From: Utricularia gibba
Taxonomy: Eukaryota; Plantae; Magnoliophyta
NCBI GenBank assembly: GCA_002189035.1
Contig: NEEC01000004.1
Span: 806,001-870,000 of the forward strand
Reading direction: 5' to 3'
Length of the DNA: 64,000 nt
Position numbers and translations under genes: made by a program. Below the pieces are notes generated by a model that made no database searches, was not told the origin of the DNA, and saw only the letters and a program-made list of their open reading frames with translations. Positions 59,614 through 64,000 of the stretch are shown here, piece by piece. The stretch's first letter is position 1, and each line of letters begins with the position of its first letter.

Positions 59614-62017
59614 ATGGAGATTTTCTACTATTTGGTGTTCGGAGTGTTGGCCGCAGTTGTGGCGGCGTTGGAGCTGAGTAAGAGTAACAAGGACCGGATT
59701 AATACGCCTACGGCTTTCAATTCGTTCAAGAACAATTACTTGGTGGTTTACTCGCTCATGATGGGTGAGTGAGTGGAATTTCTTTTGGGATCTCAGATCT
59801 GGGGTTGTTAGATTGCGCATTCCTGCCGTATGTGGGTTGTTCCATTCCTCATTGGTTGAAATGCTGCTGTGTTGTGTGAATCTATTGCAGTTGATTGACT
59901 GGATCTGTATCTTTAATGGGCTTCTCTTTTTGAGAGCGAGTTTATTAATGATTGCTTACTTCAGGTTTCTAATTTAATGTGCTTTATTCGGATGGATGCC
60001 ATTTGGATACCTAGTCATGTGTTGAAATCTTTGAATACCTTGATGTGATATTATGCTAGATTCGTTGCTCAAAACAAAATCTGGAATGTTGATTTTTGGG
60101 TTTACCATGCTGCACACAGCTGGTGATTGGCTGCAGGGTCCATACGTTTACTACCTGTACCAGACCTACGGTTTTGGAAAAGGTGAAATTGGGCAGCTCT
60201 TCATTGCTGGATTCGGCTCTTCCATGTTGTTTGGAACTATTGTTGGATCCCTTGCAGATAAACAGTGGGTTTTTTGTATTAGACTGTGAAGATTTCATTT
60301 TTATTGTGATTTTTGTGGTCATTCTTAATGTTGGCTTGAAATGGCAGGGGACGGAAGAGAGCATCCGTGACATACTGCATAACATATATTTTAAGTTGTA
60401 TCACCAAGCATTCTCCTCAATACAAAATTTTGATGATAGGACGTATATTAGGTGGCATTGCTACATCTCTTTTGTTTTCTGCATTCGAATCATGGCTTGT
60501 GGCAGAGCACTTCAAGGTGAGACATCCCTTGGTTGAGAAGGGAAGAGTTCCCTGATGCTAGTCTTCTTGCTTTACCAAACATTGGATTACCTGACAACTT
60601 TTATTTGCAGAGGGGTTTTGATCCGCAATGGCTCTCCATAACTTTTTCCAAAGCAATATTTCTGGGAAATGGACTTGTTGCTATTGTCGCTGGGCTGTTC
60701 GGAAACTTGCTTGTTGATACTTTGAATCTTGGACCTGTATCACCATTTGATGCTGCTTCGGTATTCCTTGCTATTGGAATGGCCGTAATATTATCATCAT
60801 GGACTGAGAACTACGGAGATCCTTCTGAAAGCAAGGACCTTCTGACGCAATTCAAGGGAGCAGCTGTGGCTATTGCTTCAGGTACTTATATATTATTTTT
60901 TTGAACAGGGGCTCATATTAAGTAATTGGGATATACTCAATGTGTGAAGAATCTCTAAAAAATACTGCATTAGCAATTTTCAACCTGTGTTGTAATTTGG
61001 ATCTCTATTTTTATTCACTCGGACTATGTACATCCCTTCTTCCTGTTTATTGAGTTCGATTTGGAGGCTTGACATAAATGCTCTGGAATGTTACCGTTAT
61101 TATTTTTTTCCAGATGAGAAGATTGCATTGCTTGGTGCTATACAGTCTCTGTTCGAGGGGTCAATGTATACGTTTGTGTTCCTGTGGACCCCTGCTTTGA
61201 GTCCTAATGGTGAAGACATTCCTCATGGTTTCATTTTTGCCACTTTCATGTTGGCTTCAATGTTGGGCAGCTCAATTGCTGCTCGTTTGTTAGCACGCAA
61301 CATGGTTAGAGTGGAGAATTACATGCAGATTGTATTCATTATTGCTTCGGCCTCCCTCTTGCTACCCATTGTCACAAATGTATGTTCTACGAACCCTTGA
61401 TGTGTACATTCCCGCTTCACTAGGGAACTTGACATCTCACTCCTCTATGACAGTTCTTCATTGGTCCTCCAAAGGTGAAAGGGCATGGAATTTCTTTTAT
61501 TGGCTGTCTTCAACTCCTTGGATTTTGTACATTTGAGGCTTCCGTAGGGATTTTCTGGCCTTCCATCATGAAAATGAGATCCCAATACATCCCCGAGGAG
61601 GCACGGAGCACCATCATGAATTTCTTCCGCATACCGCTCAACATCTTTGTCTGCATTGTGCTATATAATGTACGCATGTTTCCAGGGCATTTTTCCCGCA
61701 ATGCTTTCATTCTGTCTTGCCATATAGTCACTTTTCCATTGATCTGTTTCTGTGTTTGTAGGTTGATGCATTCCCCATAACCGTGATGTTTGGAATGTGT
61801 TCAATCTTCCTCTTTATAGCATCCATTCTGCAGAGGCGGCTCTCAGTTATTGGTGACAAACCAAGTGTGTATCCTATAATGCTGCTTCTCCTATTCTTTT
61901 CCTTTCATCATATTCCACATTGAATCGATTCTCCTGTCTCCTGTTGCTTCCACAGAAACTGAAGAAAGGAGTATGATGGAGAAAGATAGTGAAGTTGAGC
62001 CATTGAACACCGCATGA
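59614..62017 (+). CDS. Molybdate-anion transporter-like MFS protein (MOT2/MFSD5, DUF791)
   Basis: 8 exons. Motifs FKNNYLVVYSLMMAGDWLQGPYVYYLY, FSAFESWLV, FEGSMYTFVFLWTP, RSTIMNFFRIPLN. Confidence 0.93.
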
Positions 62018-62322
62018 TTCATAAGCTTCAGTTGACACATCCGTTACCTTGCAGGCTACAGAAGATTGGGAAGTTTTGATCAGCTTCATTCATATGTTAA
62101 TTGTTGCAAAGCCAGCATAAAACCATGGCTGTCGATGCAGTAATGAATTTTTTTTTTTTCATTTGTTGTTTTAGGAAGCATTGTGTGCTCGCTTTTGTTG
62201 AATCTATATAATATAGCAATGTAAGAGCCCCCATGCAACTAAGCTTTATTGTTATCCTTCATTTTATTACTTGAGGTGTTATTTATTTCAATTCCTTTGT
62301 GTCCTGAAACCATAGCAGAAGA

Positions 62323-64000
62323 TTATAACCAGATGGAATCCATTAGATTATCTTCTAATCTCATTTCTGCTGTTAAATGATCCAAAACCTTATAAATCTC
62401 TTGTGTTCTCACATGAGATGTGTCGCAGGCTGCGAACACATGCCTTGAATCTCTACCTTCAATCCAACTGCACCCTGGAATTTTGTGCAGTTCCCTCGCC
62501 TTCATTTGCTGTCTAATTTTGCTTAATTCATTCCATTTCCCTGTAGAGGCATACAAGTTTGCTAACAGCACGTGGTTCATAGGCTCTTCAGGTTCCAACT
62601 CGATGAGATTATGTGCTGCCACTTCTCCAACATCTGCATTCCGGTGGATGATGCAAGCTCTGAGCAATGTGCACCATGTAACCGCATCTGCTTTCATTGG
62701 CAGTCTCCTGATCATCCCGTATGCTTGCTTCAGCAGGCCAGATCGACCAAGTACGTCGATCATACATGTATAGTGCTTCAAAGTTGGAGTCACACCATGG
62801 TATTTCATCAATTCAAAGAACTCATATGCAGCATGAAATGATCCCGTGTGCACACATGAAGAAAGGACAGCAAGGAAGGTTATATCATCAGGTTTGAATC
62901 CATTTATGAGCATTTCACGGAACAACAAAAGTGTTTCCTCCCACTGCCCGTACATGGCATATGCACTGAGCATTGCATTGTGGCTCATAATATTATGTCT
63001 ATCTATCATGTTGTACACCAGAACTGCATTCTTCATAATCCCACACTTGCCGTACATATCTATCAGAGCAGTTTGAATGTACCTATCTGATTCAAATGCA
63101 TGTCTTATTGAATATGCATGAAGCTGCTTGCCCCGACCATTAGCTGCTATTCTTGAGCATGCTGTTAAAGCTATTCCTACTGTGTATATATCCGTCATGG
63201 AATTCATACCCTGCATGTTCGAAAACAACTGCATGGCCAATTCATGGTGGCCATTTTCTACGTATCCTGCAATTATTTCATTCCATGTATGCACATTATC
63301 TTCGAATCCATCGTCTCTCATACACTGTAAGACATACTTGAGCTCTGTGATACGGTTGCATCTAGCATAACCAGCAACAAAAGCATTCCAGATTACTATA
63401 TCCTTCTTGGTTACCTGGTTAAATGCTTTTCGTGCACCTTCCGGGTCACAGTTTTGGAAGTACATGTCAACCAATGCTGCGCCTATGAAGGTATTTGATT
63501 GGAGCCCTCTTGCAATGCAATATGAATGTATAGCTTCACCCAGCCTCAGTGACTGTGTATCAGCAAAAGCACGAAGGGCACTGCCTAATGTAAATGAATT
63601 AGGCTCATTTGCGTCGTTGTTCATTATCTCTATCAGTATTTCTAAAGCCTCATGATACATGAAGTTATCAACATATCCTGAGAGCAGTGAGTTCCAAGTA
63701 ACCAAGCTCTTTTTCTTACCCTCGTACTCCATTGCATCAAAAAGTTCTTTTGCCTTTAGAATTTCACCATGATCACAATATCCTGCAATCATTATGTTAT
63801 AGGAGACTTCATCCCTACTTGAAAATTTGGAGAACACTTGTAAGGCATTTCCCATGTCGCAGCATCTTCGATACAGGTCTATTAATCCATTCACAACATA
63901 TGGACTGGACTTATACCCATGCCTCATTACGTACCCATAGACTTCTTTCCCCAGCTTAAGCTTCCCCAATCGACCACAAGCAGAAAGAATGCAGTTTGAT
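62323..64000 (-). CDS. PLS-class PPR protein with E/E+ domain (5'-partial at the window edge)
   Basis: Reading frame stays open to the window end. PLS repeats, HYTCMIDVLGRSG, and the E-domain KIPGCSWIE. No DYW domain. Confidence 0.9.
   Translation of the reverse strand, partial: SNCILSACGRLGKLKLGKEVYGYVMRHGYKSSPYVVNGLIDLYRRCCDMGNALQVFSKFSSRDEVSYNIMIAGYCDHGEILKAKELFDAMEYEGKKKSLVTWNSLLSGYVDNFMYHEALEILIEIMNNDANEPNSFTLGSALRAFADTQSLRLGEAIHSYCIARGLQSNTFIGAALVDMYFQNCDPEGARKAFNQVTKKDIVIWNAFVAGYARCNRITELKYVLQCMRDDGFEDNVHTWNEIIAGYVENGHHELAMQLFSNMQGMNSMTDIYTVGIALTACSRIAANGRGKQLHAYSIRHAFESDRYIQTALIDMYGKCGIMKNAVLVYNMIDRHNIMSHNAMLSAYAMYGQWEETLLLFREMLINGFKPDDITFLAVLSSCVHTGSFHAAYEFFELMKYHGVTPTLKHYTCMIDVLGRSGLLKQAYGMIRRLPMKADAVTWCTLLRACIIHRNADVGEVAAHNLIELEPEEPMNHVLLANLYASTGKWNELSKIRQQMKARELHKIPGCSWIEGRDSRHVFAACDTSHVRTQEIYKVLDHLTAEMRLEDNLMDSIWL

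Noticed and set aside
1-64000. tRNA, rRNA, snoRNA or CRISPR features
   Set aside because: None recognised. Repeats are short and lack spacer-array structure.

Overview
Gene-dense eudicot nuclear DNA: about 21 genes or pseudogenes in 64 kb, with many 59-90 nt introns and no long TE. In order: possible last exon of an unknown gene, LBD27-like, CDF-type Dof, P-class PPR, MRG1, TMEM230/DUF872-like, ClpB3, FRY/MOR2, TBL, three tandem COMT-like O-methyltransferases, NHL26-like, PRR5-like, PSRP1, CID (PAM2+RRM), GRF with a miR396 site, ELP5, PGL3-like, a decayed TBC/RabGAP pseudogene, MOT2/MFSD5 and a partial PLS-E PPR. Eight single-base (-1) frameshifts, mostly in G/C runs, interrupt otherwise intact genes and most likely are assembly errors. 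The most interesting signals are a mosaic COMT array with one copy diverged in its substrate pocket, locally templated duplications (ELP5 stop region, ClpB3 splice donor, COMT acceptor), several GC-AG introns, a 146-bp ELP5/PGL3 head-to-head spacer, and an unexplained GC-richer segment at 57.8-59.0 kb. I found no convincing wholly new biological system. Gene names come from recalled motif similarity, not database searches.
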